From the NCBI GenBank assembly GCA_964016885.1, contig OZ024740.1:302064001-302128000 (forward strand): 64,000 bases of DNA, given 5' to 3'. Shown in pieces: positions 52,310 to 64,000 of this stretch. The notes below the pieces were generated by a model. That model saw nothing but the letters and a program-made list of their open reading frames with translations, ran no database searches and was not told the DNA's origin. How positions within the stretch are numbered: the first letter of the stretch is position 1; each line of letters starts with the position of its first letter. The position numbers and the translations under genes are program-made. This DNA is from Eledone cirrhosa. Its lineage: Eukaryota.

Positions 52310-53227
52310 CCGTCCGTGTAACTTATGCTCAGAGCAAACATTACTAAAGTTGTTTTCAAAGGACCAACTCCTAAACAAGAAATACGAACAGGTAACTGCA
52401 TGCAAACACAAATTGCGTAGGACTTACTTCGCCCTCAAACCCCATAATGGCCTCGGGATGGGGTAGAGGGGTAGACAAGGGCTGAAACACCCCACTTGCC
52501 GATTTTGTAAGGGGTTAACCCTGCTTACAAAGGTAGACGTAAATCCTTTATCTTTTCCTTCTTCCACCCATCTCGTCCTAGTCATTCCACCCCAGATCTC
52601 CATCCTTGTCTTGTGTTCACCTTTTCACCTACCCCGATGCAGCCCATCGGTCCTCTGTAGCCTCAGTGTGTCTATGTATGTTTCTCCTTATTGAATTTGA
52701 CACCACCAATACATCCATTACACCACCATTAACACCATTACCACAATCAACAACACCACACCCACACCACACAAAAAAATCAGCCACAACTATATGCCAA
52801 TCTTTCTACCGCCACACCACAGCCCACTTCAGCCTGCGACAATCACCAACATCTTATCATCACACCCACCCCCACATGCACTACAGACAAAACATCCATA
52901 TGAACTATTCCACCATTCAAAACAAACTTTATTGACCAAGATATGAACTTCTGACATTACCATATAGCATGTATTCATTTTCTACTAGCATTTCAATGGG
53001 TCCGTCGAGCCGCAGATTTCAGAGTCGGGTAAGATCGATACAGATAGAACCTTCAGTTGATCAGTGGCGAAACGCGCTTCACCAACCAACAAATGTAATG
53101 AACGAGTAACCTTGTTATCTTTTCACTATAATACACTCTATCTATCTCTACACCTCGACACTGAAGTGAACATAAACATCGAGTGCTCACCCGGGTGAAC
53201 CTACAGTAACTCTAAGTTATACTCCCT

Positions 53228-53228
<1 letters not shown>
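52310..53228 (+). mobile_element. 3' end of a Naiad-like PLE (GIY-YIG C-terminus, 3'UTR, decayed hammerhead)
   Basis: PCNLCSEQTLLKLFSKDQLLNKKYEQVTACKH matches the C-termini at 3450-3560 and 57930-58040. Degenerate hammerhead GGT-CCGTCGA-GCCGC...GTGGC-GAAAC at ~52999-53085. Ends in (TA)n. Confidence 0.65.
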
Positions 53229-53292
<64 letters not shown>

Positions 53293-53294
<2 letters not shown>

Positions 53295-53868
53295 AGAGAT
53301 TGTTGAAGTTTGCTTGAAGCATTGTGGAATAAATAAGTTGGTCGTTTTGGCAGCCTCATCAATGCAGATGGTTAAATCTCCGGGTATGAATCAGGTGGTA
53401 ATGAGATGGATGTAAGAGGAAATGTAGAATGAGACGTATATGGTGCAGAGGAACGTAGGAAAGAGTGTAAGAATAATAACACGAGATAGAGTTACTTTGG
53501 AAGTGATTTAATTGTCCCCATATTTCGGATTTCGCATCCATCAACTGTGGGTTTTCCGAGGGGGAAAGTTTTTAGTCGGAGAGGAACAACACGTGGCCTC
53601 TGTTGTCTACCGTGGGGGTAAAACTGAACTACTCTGCAGGGCGCACGTGCGCGCCGAATAACTGCCGTCAGACAAAGGTCGAGGCAGTTCTTCTATACTA
53701 GAGTAGTTGGATGGGGATGTGTCAGTGCGTACGCATCTTCGCTGTCAATTTATTATATTCAGTCTTTGATACTGGCAGGTGTGGTGTTGTATTGGTAGTC
53801 TGCCTGATTGTTTGTTGGTCGGTGGATGGTAGACACGCTATACACACAATAACAATCGCTCGATTGCC

Positions 53869-53960
<92 letters not shown>

Positions 53961-54272
53961 TTCGTGTGTGTGTGGGTGTGTGTGTGTGTGTCGTTTCGTT
54001 TGTTTACACCTGCCGTCTCGTCTCACTTCTCCCGGATCGGTTATTTATTTGTGGTCAGAGGTGTTTGATCCAAAGTACTTCCTTGATTCTTAATGTGCCG
54101 ACGTTGCGTTTTGTCGCTAACACTGTGACAATGAGCCTTCCGTCTTTGTTTCCGTATTTGGTTATGTGTTTCCGGAAAGACGAGGCCCTGGTGTTGGTGT
54201 GTTCCTTAATCCGGACATGTAGTGGCCGGATTGTGCTACCGATGTAGAAGTCGTTGCACTTGTCACATTCCC
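53293..54272 (-). mobile_element. 3' fragment of a Penelope/Poseidon-type PLE (GIY-YIG + 3' region)
   Basis: 54005-54272 minus translates ECDKCNDFYIGSTIRPLHVRIKEH...LRIKEVLWIKHL*PQIN. Ends at (TA)n. Confidence 0.75.
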
Positions 54273-55250
54273 ATTATATTTTCATAGCTTTTTATTTTTA
54301 AATTTTATTTTCTACTCTCTGTCCCCCCAAAATATATCTTTTCTACCTCTCCTCTTAATCCAGTTGTGTTTCATTCCTCGTGGATAGCAGTAGGAATATT
54401 TTTAATGCAAAATGCAACAAACTTACCTCATACTTTGAAATCGCTCTAATGTGATGCACTATCTAATGTATTACTAATGAATGGGCATAATAATAATATT
54501 TATATGCAACGAGTACTATGTAGACTTATATTCTATTGAAACATGTGTAAAAGAATGAACTTTTGATAACATTCTTCACTTCTTTTCTGTACTTCACCCC
54601 TAGGGTTTGCTTTCCCTATACATTTAAAAATATTATTACTCCGAGATATTCCACGTGGATACTATAATTTAATCCCTCTTTTTGGACTAGTACTACAAGG
54701 ACCATGTTGAGAAAAATACTTTAGTAATCAATCTTACTTGTTTTATTTTTGTCGGTACATTATCCACACAAACAAATTTTACTCATCGGTGTTCCCTTTG
54801 CAGGTCTTTATATATCGGACAAAGGGGACGCCTACATGTTTCAGTCCTGGGTGTCCTTTTACACCCAAGGATCACAGGCCTCGCGCACCAGCACTGCTGA
54901 ACAAAGTAAAGTCTGATTCACCGCCTTGGGTCCTATTCCCCTCTTGGACTCAACTCACCTCCCCAATTTATCTAATACCACGTCAATTATCACCCCCCTA
55001 GATTCCTATCGCTTTCTCTTGACCATTAGTAGCTTCTTTTACAACTAATACATGCCGACTAAATATGCTCACTCCACTTTTCTCTTCACACATACGCACC
55101 CTTACATTAACATACTTTTGCTCATAGCTTCGTACTTACATGCACACACACTCTTTTACTCACATATACACACATTTCTTCTTAGCTTCGTACGGACGTA
55201 TAATAACACACACACACACATACACACACACACACACACATACGCACACA

Positions 55251-55356
<106 letters not shown>

Positions 55357-55565
55357 TGCTTACGCACGTGCACAAGTATGGCTCTTTTGACAAAACGTTT
55401 TTTTTTCCATCATCCACTTTTCTAAAAAATAAATCATACACAAAACGCCAGCACCAACAGTTTTGCAAGATTTGTCAACGTGAAAGGACCTGTTATTTTT
55501 ATCTAAAGACATATCTTTCAATTCCAGCCAGCCCGTCCCCACAATCTATATTACTTTTCATTCTT

Positions 55566-55601
55566 TCTTCTGATGAAAGACCAGCGTCCGAAACATTAAG
55601 A
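55566..55601 (+). ncRNA. Minimal hammerhead-like motif, probably decayed
   Basis: TCTT-CTGATGA-AAGACCAGCGTCC-GAAAC-ATT|AAGA. Core boxes are present, but stems II and III are imperfect. Confidence 0.4.
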
Positions 55602-55678
55602 CCCTCTTCCTGCTATAGCAAGCGTTAACCTAATATATCCCTTCCATAAACTGTACAGATTGTGTTGTTATTTCTGTT

Positions 55679-55720
<42 letters not shown>

Positions 55721-56215
55721 GTGGAATATATTCAGATAGTAATTCAGCGATACGACACCATGTTCACCATCCCATTTAGCAATGAAGTGTTATATATTAT
55801 ATCTTTTCAACTTGACTCCTTTTACTTAAGAAAAAATCACTTCTCGGTGAAGGAAATTATATTCTTCAAATATATTGTTATTCCAATGTCTTGGAATTAA
55901 TGATGTTATATCTTGTGTTCTAAAAACCATATAAGTTACAATCGGCTCTTTATAGTCGAATTGGCTTATATCCGCCTCAATTAACATTTTGGCCTAGGTT
56001 TAATATATTTTAATAATTCTCTGAGTTTTAATTTATTAATATATCTTAGACTTTCATTGAGATGTTTACGTATTAGAAAAAAAAAAAGTTCATAAAATTA
56101 TAAATTATATATTTGTTGTTGTTTTTGTACTGTGAGTATAGATTAATTCTATCCTAAATATCCCACAACATGACGTATATTTATGTGATTCCCGTAAATC
56201 TGGTATTAATATAAT

Positions 56216-56401
56216 TGTTTCAACTTTTGGCACAAGGCCAGCAATTACCCAGTACATTATTGGTACTTTAGTTTATCGACCACGTAAGGATGAAATGCAA
56301 AGTTGAACTCGGCGGGATTTGAACTCAGAATGGAAAGGGCCGTAACTCTATGCGTCAAAGCATAATATCCGACCCTCTACCGATACTGACAATCCACCGC
56401 C
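56216..56401 (-). mobile_element. tRNA-derived SINE with 16-bp TSD
   Basis: TSD CTGGTATTAATATAAT at 56200-56215 and 56402-56417. Confidence 0.9.
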
Positions 56402-56848
56402 CTGGTATTAATATAATGTTATTAAAATCGGCAATATATACACAGAGCTCCTTTAAACAACACATACAATCTGCAGATACGCTCAACATTGGGGTATGAA
56501 GGCATACGTAGCGCTTTTCGTCCGTGAATGAACATAAATAAATAATATAATATATGTAATTTTTTTTTCAGGGGTGCAGTGGAGTGAGATACCACTAGTC
56601 GTCATTAACACATCTCTCTAGGAGAAGGTCACCTTGGTGTAAAAGCCTTCGACCTCCTTTGTATCCATTGGTGTCGGACTATTCTACTTTCTGGGTAAAT
56701 GTGTTGATGTCCCGAGAGTAGGATTGGCTCGATGCAAAAAACCCTTCTTCCCTTAAAACAGCTACAAGCGCAGGCATTGCTTGATAGCTGGCATGTTCCT
56801 ACGTATCAAACGATTGCATTACTCGTACTCGAGTTGCAGCCATCATAA

Positions 56849-56888
<40 letters not shown>

Positions 56889-57014
56889 GGAAGCAGAAAA
56901 TTGCTTATTGTGATCCAGTTCGTGGTTAAGAAAGCCAGTTTCATGGACGGTTTCAACGTACGGTTAGGGGTAACTCCACAAGTTTGTAAGAATTCCGTTC
57001 AATCTTGGAGTATA

Positions 57015-58828
57015 AAGTATAAAAGAGAAAACACAGGTAAGCATTAAAAAAAGGATGTTATCCAGGTATTTACGACCGTTTCATTGGTAAGTGAAACCTT
57101 ATATTGCTATACTGCAAATAGCAGCCACTCAATAATAATTGTTGTTCACGTCCAAATTTTCAAAATAGTGAGTAAGTTTCTCTTAAAAAGTTCTTAATAT
57201 ATAGAAAAACATTTTTTTTAAATTGTATTTACTAGTATAGAGCGTTAAGCATCTTAATGTGTGCCTCTATGTTTGGTGCCGGGGAGTAAGATAATCTAAT
57301 AGATTTAGTGTTAAGGATTTTGCTGTATCTATGTGAATCTTGAAAGTGCTTATTTATTATTCTAAAGAAGGTAGAGGGTAGGTTAGTACTAATAGAGGTG
57401 TTAAATATGGGGTTATACCAAATATATTTTCTACTGCGTGTCTTGTTTGATTTCGATGTTGTATTTCTAAAAAGATACATAACGACACCAGAACACAAAT
57501 TTATAACAATAACAATACAATCACCATTGAACACAACAGAATATCTAATACACAACCACCCACTAATAGGCAAACACAACGTAACACAATTGTACAGGCA
57601 TCGCAGCCCAGCAATAATGCCAAAGTTGCCCATGACAAGAATTGTAACTGCCACCTACCTGAAATCTGTCCATTACATAATGAATGTATGCAGTCTAACC
57701 TGGTTTGCCAATGCACAGTAGAATCAGACAACCAGAAATGGTATTACATCGGAGCGACTGGGAATACATTTAAAGCTCGGTCGTATACACACCGTTACGC
57801 AATGAAAAATTCCCAGCATCTTTATGTAACTACCCTTGCAAACAAGACCTGGCAACTGAGGGAAAGTAAACATCAATACACCCTGAAGTGGAAAAAATTA
57901 TCAAATGCACCCCCATATCGGAGTGGTATGAGAAGCTGTCGATTATGTGACCTTGAGCTGTTCCACATTTTGAGTTCGAAGAATAAGTTACTCAACAATA
58001 AAATTGAAAGATCAATTTATTGTAGCCATAGACTCAAAGAAAAGTTTTCCCATTACAAGTGCAAATAGAACCCTTAACCTCTTACTACCACCTGACAAAC
58101 TGCATATACTTAGACTTTCTAACCTTCTTATTGTATCTAACCCCTTGAATTACCCACAAAAACCAATACCTATATCCCTCCTTCTCCTTCATTCCTTTTT
58201 CTATTTCTTTTCGTTTTCTTCCTTTCTTCTCTCCCCTTTTTAGCTATCTTTTCTTATCTTCTCCCCCCCCCCCTTCTATATTTCTATTTTTTTATATATA
58301 TATTTATCTCTCTATCTCCCCCCTCTCTCTCTCTCTCTCTGTCTCTCTCTCCATCCCTCCCAATATAAACAATTTAATTCTCTTTAACTCGCTACACTAT
58401 AAATCGACGACATGAAGTCTACGTATCAAAACTGATCAAGGAATCCTTCCACCTTTACGCCTCCATCTCAATTTGTCACTCTACTTCCTAATTCCTCTCC
58501 CCATTCCTCTCTCTCTATACTATTCGTTTGTCCTGCCGCTTTCTAATTCCTCTTCCTCACTCTCTATACTAGTAAATATAATTTTTTTAAAATGTTTTTC
58601 TATATATTAAGAACTTTTTAAGAGTAACCTACTCATTATTTTGAAAATTTGCACTTGAACATAAATTATTATTGAGTGGCCACTATTTGCAGTATAGCAA
58701 TATGAGGTTGCACTTACCAATGAAACGGTCGTAAATACCTGGATAAAATCCTTCTCTTAATGCTTACCTGTGTTTTCTCTTTTATACTATATATATATAT
58801 ATATACGTTTTTGTTCCCGTCCCAGTTT

Positions 58829-58922
<94 letters not shown>

Positions 58923-59508
58923 AAACTGGGACGGGAACAAAAACGTATATATATATATATATAGTATAAAAGAGAAAACACAGGTAAGCATTAAGAGAAG
59001 GATTTTATCAAGGTATTTACGACCGTCTCATTGGTAAGTGCAACCTTATATTGCTATACTGCAAATAGTGGCCACTCAATAATAATTTATGTTCAAGTGC
59101 AAATTTTCAAAATAATGAGTAGGTTACTCTTAAAAAGTTCTTAATATATAGAAAAACATTTTTTTTAAATTATATTTACTAGTATAGAGAGAGAGGAAGA
59201 GGAATTAGAAAGCGGCGGGACAAACGAATAGTAGAGAGAGAGAGGAATGGGGAGAGGAATTAGGAAGTAGAGTGACAAATTGAGATGGAGGCGTAAAGGT
59301 GGAAGGATTCCTTGATCAGTTTTGATACGTAGACTTCATGTCGTCGATTTATAGTGTAGCGAGTTAAAGAGAATTGAATTGTTTATATTGGGAGGGATGG
59401 AGAGAGAGACAGAGAGAGAGAGAGAGGGGGGGAGATAGAGAGTTAAATATATATATAAAAAAATAGAAATAAAGAAGGGAGGGGGGAGAAGATAAGAAAA
59501 GATAGCTA
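57015..59508. mobile_element. Rearranged Naiad-like PLE: inverted pLTR + inverted ORF piece + Zn-finger/GIY-YIG + pLTR, then an inverted 3' copy
   Basis: 57015-57240 is the reverse complement of 58563-58788. 57241-57477 minus encodes RKYIWYNP..KHF..RLSYS. 58919-59508 is the reverse complement of 58241-58832. Confidence 0.88.
57478..58068 (+). pseudogene. PLE CCCC linker + GIY-YIG endonuclease (5' truncated, frame open)
   Basis: KNCNCHLPEICPLHNECMQSNLVCQCTV...YYIGATGNTFKARSYTH...CRLCDLE...LLN...CSH. Confidence 0.85.
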
Positions 59509-61043
59509 TATATATATATATATATATGCTGGATTTCCTATATGATATTTCAGTCGTTTACTAATAATGATGTTGAAGTTTGGTAGAAAGAATTGGTTGG
59601 AAAATACTGAACTTTTGTTAAATATGCATAATTTATTGAACCACTAATCAATTTATGTGTGTATTTTTATATGTGATTAGTATGTGTATGTTATTTTATG
59701 CGGAGTATACATAATTATGCGTATATGTATTTATACTGACAAAGCTATTTGAATCTGATCGATTTCCACATACACTTTCCAGTGAGTAGACCACAGCAAG
59801 AGTACTGCTCCGAATTTTCAGTTGATATTTATTTGTCTAATGAAATATGCTCTAAAGTGTTTAGCTCATCACGAGTTGCGCTATAAAGGACATGGCCAAC
59901 CCTTAATGGGAAATCTTCGTTTGTGTATTAGTAATAGCAGATTGTTGCATCAGTCAATGGTTCTTGGTGGAGTAGGGACAATAATACTACTAAAAGTGGC
60001 ACATTCATACATTGAAAAAAAAATATAGTTAGGCTGGCAATCGAGTGGTAAAATAGAAAAAAATGGAAAATGATTAAATAATAGAAATAACGAAATAAGG
60101 AATGAATAAATAATTAAATAATCATCCAACATCCCTTCATTCCTTTACCTCTCGAGCAAACATATCAACAACAATAGCAATAAAAAGAAAGAAAATCAAA
60201 CATAAAATAAAGTAATATATAACATTGAAGGTAGATCGATAAAAAAAAACAAGTATATAAATATTACATAAAAATACGAAAGGGGGAGAAATAGCAACAT
60301 TAAGACTAGTGAATTTAGAGGAGAGGATCCGTGTGTAGAGGGAGTGGGGGGAAGTGAGAAAATGAAAAAGAAACAAACATAGAAAGACAGAAAGGAAGAT
60401 AAAAAGGAGAGAAGGGGTATGAATGGGGTGTTGACGAATGAGGAATCCTGAGAGCAGATATCAGAAGACAATGAAGAAAAAGAACAACGAAAATAATAAA
60501 AACAGAGAAAAAGTATAGGAGAGAGGTATGCAGAGTAGAAGTAAAAGAGAAACAATGTGTGTGAAAATGTCCTATCATTCCGATGCCAAATCAATAGTGA
60601 TATTAAATATATATTTTGCCATTCTTTAATGAATGTTTCTATTGACTAAACAGTCTTGCTTGTTCGCTTGCTTGCTTCTATTGATTTCAAATGGTTTGTA
60701 TTTGTTAATTTTACTATTTGTTCTGTTATTCTTTGCTAACGCAGATACGGATACACGTAGGTACATACACACTTACACACATACACTCATACACACATCT
60801 ATGCTGACATACACAATTATGCTTTATATATATACCACCATATTGAAGTACGCATGCGCGTTAGTATGCCTATATTATATTATATTATATATATTCATAT
60901 ATATATGTATATATAAATGTATATACCTGTATACATATATAAGGGAGGAAGAGAGAGAAAGTAACAGGCAAAAAGGGAGTCATTGAAGCAGTGAGAGTAA
61001 GAGCAGGAGAAGCGCTAAGCATGTTTACATATATTGTATTATA

Positions 61044-61094
<51 letters not shown>

Positions 61095-61794
61095 CTGTTT
61101 GTGTATGTATGTAGACACATTCATATACACAAAGTATAACTGCATAAACTCAACCAAACACACGAAGCTGTATATATACACACAGAGCCGTGTACACACA
61201 AAACTACATAAAAATATTCAGACACACTCGCGTATATACACTATCCATAAACACACATATATTAACATTCGCAGACACAGAATAAACTACATAAAAAATT
61301 AAAAGACTCATGTCGATACACAGGCACAACAATTCCATCAATGATACACAAATCAAACGCAAAAATAGAGAAGAAATAATGCATAACCACGAAATACACT
61401 CCATATGAATGCACGTAGCAGCAACCACGACAACCCTCCACCACTACGTACATACCCACACCTATGACTCCCCGCCTTGCCGCCTCAGCCATTTTTCACT
61501 CCAACCAGTCAATATTATTTCTCTACGAATTTTTGCTATTTCTTTAAGAGTAACTCATGTCCGAAACGTCGAAACCCTAATTTACCTCGCGTGAACTTAA
61601 TATGAATTTGGATGTTGCATCTATATTATTATCTTATTACTGACATGGCTTACTGACATGGCTTTAAAAAAGAGAGGCTGTTTGCATTATTGCAAACGAA
61701 TCATATATTATTATCAGTAATATTCGAAAAAGTCAGATTACATCTATTATATGAGTATATATATATATATATATATATAGTTTTAATATAGATG

Positions 61795-61845
61795 AGATTC
61801 TACAGGACTAGGATTGTTTCATTGTTTAAAAATCATCAGGAATCT
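61795..61845 (-). ncRNA. Type I hammerhead candidate
   Basis: AGATTC-CTGATGA-TTTTTAAACAAT-GAAAC-AATCCTAGTCCT-GTA|GAATCT. Stem I is a perfect 6 bp, stem II is weak. A sister 3' half at 18665-18689 has stem III ACAG/CTGT. Confidence 0.55.
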
Positions 61846-62289
61846 GGGTATCAAAAAATAAATATGGTATCTATAGGTCTCTTCAGTTGGTAGGAGAGGG
61901 GAGGTAGTGGGATGGGTGTAGGTCATTGGTTGATAGAAAAGGGAATTCATTAAAAGCTAATTCTTCAAAGCTATAGTTTATATTTAGAGTAACAAAGGCA
62001 GAAAGAATTCTATAAACAAGTTCAGAATGGGGTGCCACTCGTTATTTTTAAGTTTCGCTTAAGCTAACAATGCCTAGATTTCAGGTATCTATAAGATCAT
62101 TGGGGTCAGTCATGGTTGATGGATTTAAAGAAAAGGGAAATTCTTTAAAAGCTAATTCTTTAAGGTTCTTGTGAGTGACAAATGCCTAGAAAATTCTATA
62201 GACCAGTTCAAAATATTGAGTGCATATAATACCATTATCTTCAAGTTTTTCTTAAGCTATATTCCAAAAGTCAACAGACACATTCACAA

Positions 62290-62359
62290 ACACACTCACT
62301 CACACACTCGCGCGCAGCCACATACACCCACACATACATATATATATATACACACATAC

Positions 62360-62418
<59 letters not shown>

Positions 62419-62797
62419 CACATATATACATACACCTACATATACACATATACACATATATACACATATATACACATATACACATATACACATATACATA
62501 TACACACACATATATATGTATATATATATATATATATACACATACACACAAATACACAAATGTATACACATATAAATACATATATATACACACATAGAAC
62601 CATATAAACATATATACATATATGTATATATATATACATACACATACATATATATAGACACATATATACACATTATATATATATATATATACATATACAC
62701 ATACATACATACATATACACACATACACACATGTGTACACATATACACAACATATATACACACACATACATACAAATATACATACATATACACACAC

Positions 62798-62854
<57 letters not shown>
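62290..62854. repeat. (TA)/(CA) cryptic microsatellite
   Basis: Directly visible. A similar tract lies at 63468-63950. Confidence 0.95.
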
Positions 62855-62857
<3 letters not shown>

Positions 62858-63618
62858 TGGCTGCCAACTCGTTTTCGATACGGCCACTACTTTATGTCCA
62901 TGTAGGAGAACCCCTACCGATGCGCTGAACGAGTGTGACTTTTTAGTCCAGCCAGCGACTTGAAAACTCTGGTACAAACACTACACTTGTGACAATTATT
63001 GACACATAGTGCTGGGCCCATGGTACCATGTGATGACAAGTGCAGAGAGATCTCTAGATATAAAGAAATGCTTGTGCCATGAAGCTTTTATAGTGAGCAA
63101 AGGCACTGCACAAAGCCAGTCCCACTCTCTTAACCAAGATGATATTTACCAAAAAGAAGAACAAGTCAACATCATTGGATACCATCAGGTTTGCAGGTGT
63201 TATATCAGAGTTTTCCTTCTCCTAGAATTCTGCCTTGACAAAAGATAAAGGGTCATCTCTCCCGGTGATTTTGGATGGCCATTGACACCTAAGAGCTCAT
63301 TTGCCCTTTGACAGGTTTTGTTTTTAGTCCTGCAGGATGTCCAAAGTCACCCTCCTCACTAAGAAACCTTGGTGGGGTTGCCAGTTTAGTCGCCAACGAC
63401 CCGACCTGGAGACAGGTTGTACTGGAATACATGTTACCAGTAGCACCAACTGGTGACCTGACACATCATTATATATATATATATACACACACAAACACAT
63501 ACATATATACACATGTATACACATACACACACACATACACATATATAAACACACAAATACACACATATATACATATATACATATATACATATATATGTAT
63601 ATATATACATATATACAT

Positions 63619-63661
<43 letters not shown>

Positions 63662-63899
63662 TGAATATACACATACACATACATACATATATATATACAC
63701 ATACATACACACACATACATACATATACATACATACACACATGCATATATATCCATACATACACGCATACATACATATACACACATACACACGTATGCAT
63801 ATATACATATATATACACGCACATACATACATACATATATATGTATATATACACACATACACACACATATATACATGTATATACACTATATACACATAT

Positions 63900-63953
<54 letters not shown>

Positions 63954-64000
63954 AAAAAGAGATGAAATAGAAAATGCAACTGGAGTCTTATTTTTTTTTA

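Noticed and set aside
57478-58460. Selenoprotein/SECIS as reported for some Naiad elements (ATGA..AAAA at ~58411-58430)
   Set aside because: All Cys positions are TGT/TGC with no in-frame TGA, and the candidate lacks a pairing helix and the 3' GA.
58684-58737. Hammerhead in the thrice-repeated pLTR (TATTTGC...GAAACGGTC|GTAAATA)
   Set aside because: Stem I and the 3' half fit, but none of the three copies has a CTGANGA box, so it is not called as a ribozyme.
63000-63465. Possible RTE-type 5' end with HDV-like ribozyme on the minus strand
   Set aside because: CTAGGAGAAGGAAAACTCTG and P2/P4-like stems are suggestive, but there is no P1 partner and no ORF evidence.

Overview
AT-rich eukaryotic intergenic or intronic DNA, saturated with microsatellites. 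The repeat style suggests an octopod cephalopod (inference). No host exon could be supported, and most listed ORFs are microsatellite or antisense artefacts. The window holds two retroelement communities, each tied to a microsatellite. (1) A ~20 kb cluster (24.9-44.7 kb) lies in (AAT)n tracts. It contains an intact R4/Dong-like RLE non-LTR element (1130-aa ORF), a decayed sister copy, fragments of other R4/Dong families, two Tx1/L1-like APE elements on the opposite strand, and tRNA-derived SINEs with (ATT)n tails. (2) Penelope-like elements (mostly Naiad-like, YRDD-type RT with C-terminal GIY-YIG) and their terminal-repeat fragments lie in (TA)n tracts. They carry hammerhead-ribozyme motifs and repeatedly form fold-backs and TA-centred palindromes. 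Remnants of copia, CR1, RTE and a non-autonomous Helitron are also visible. All calls come from reading the sequence by eye; no database searches were run.
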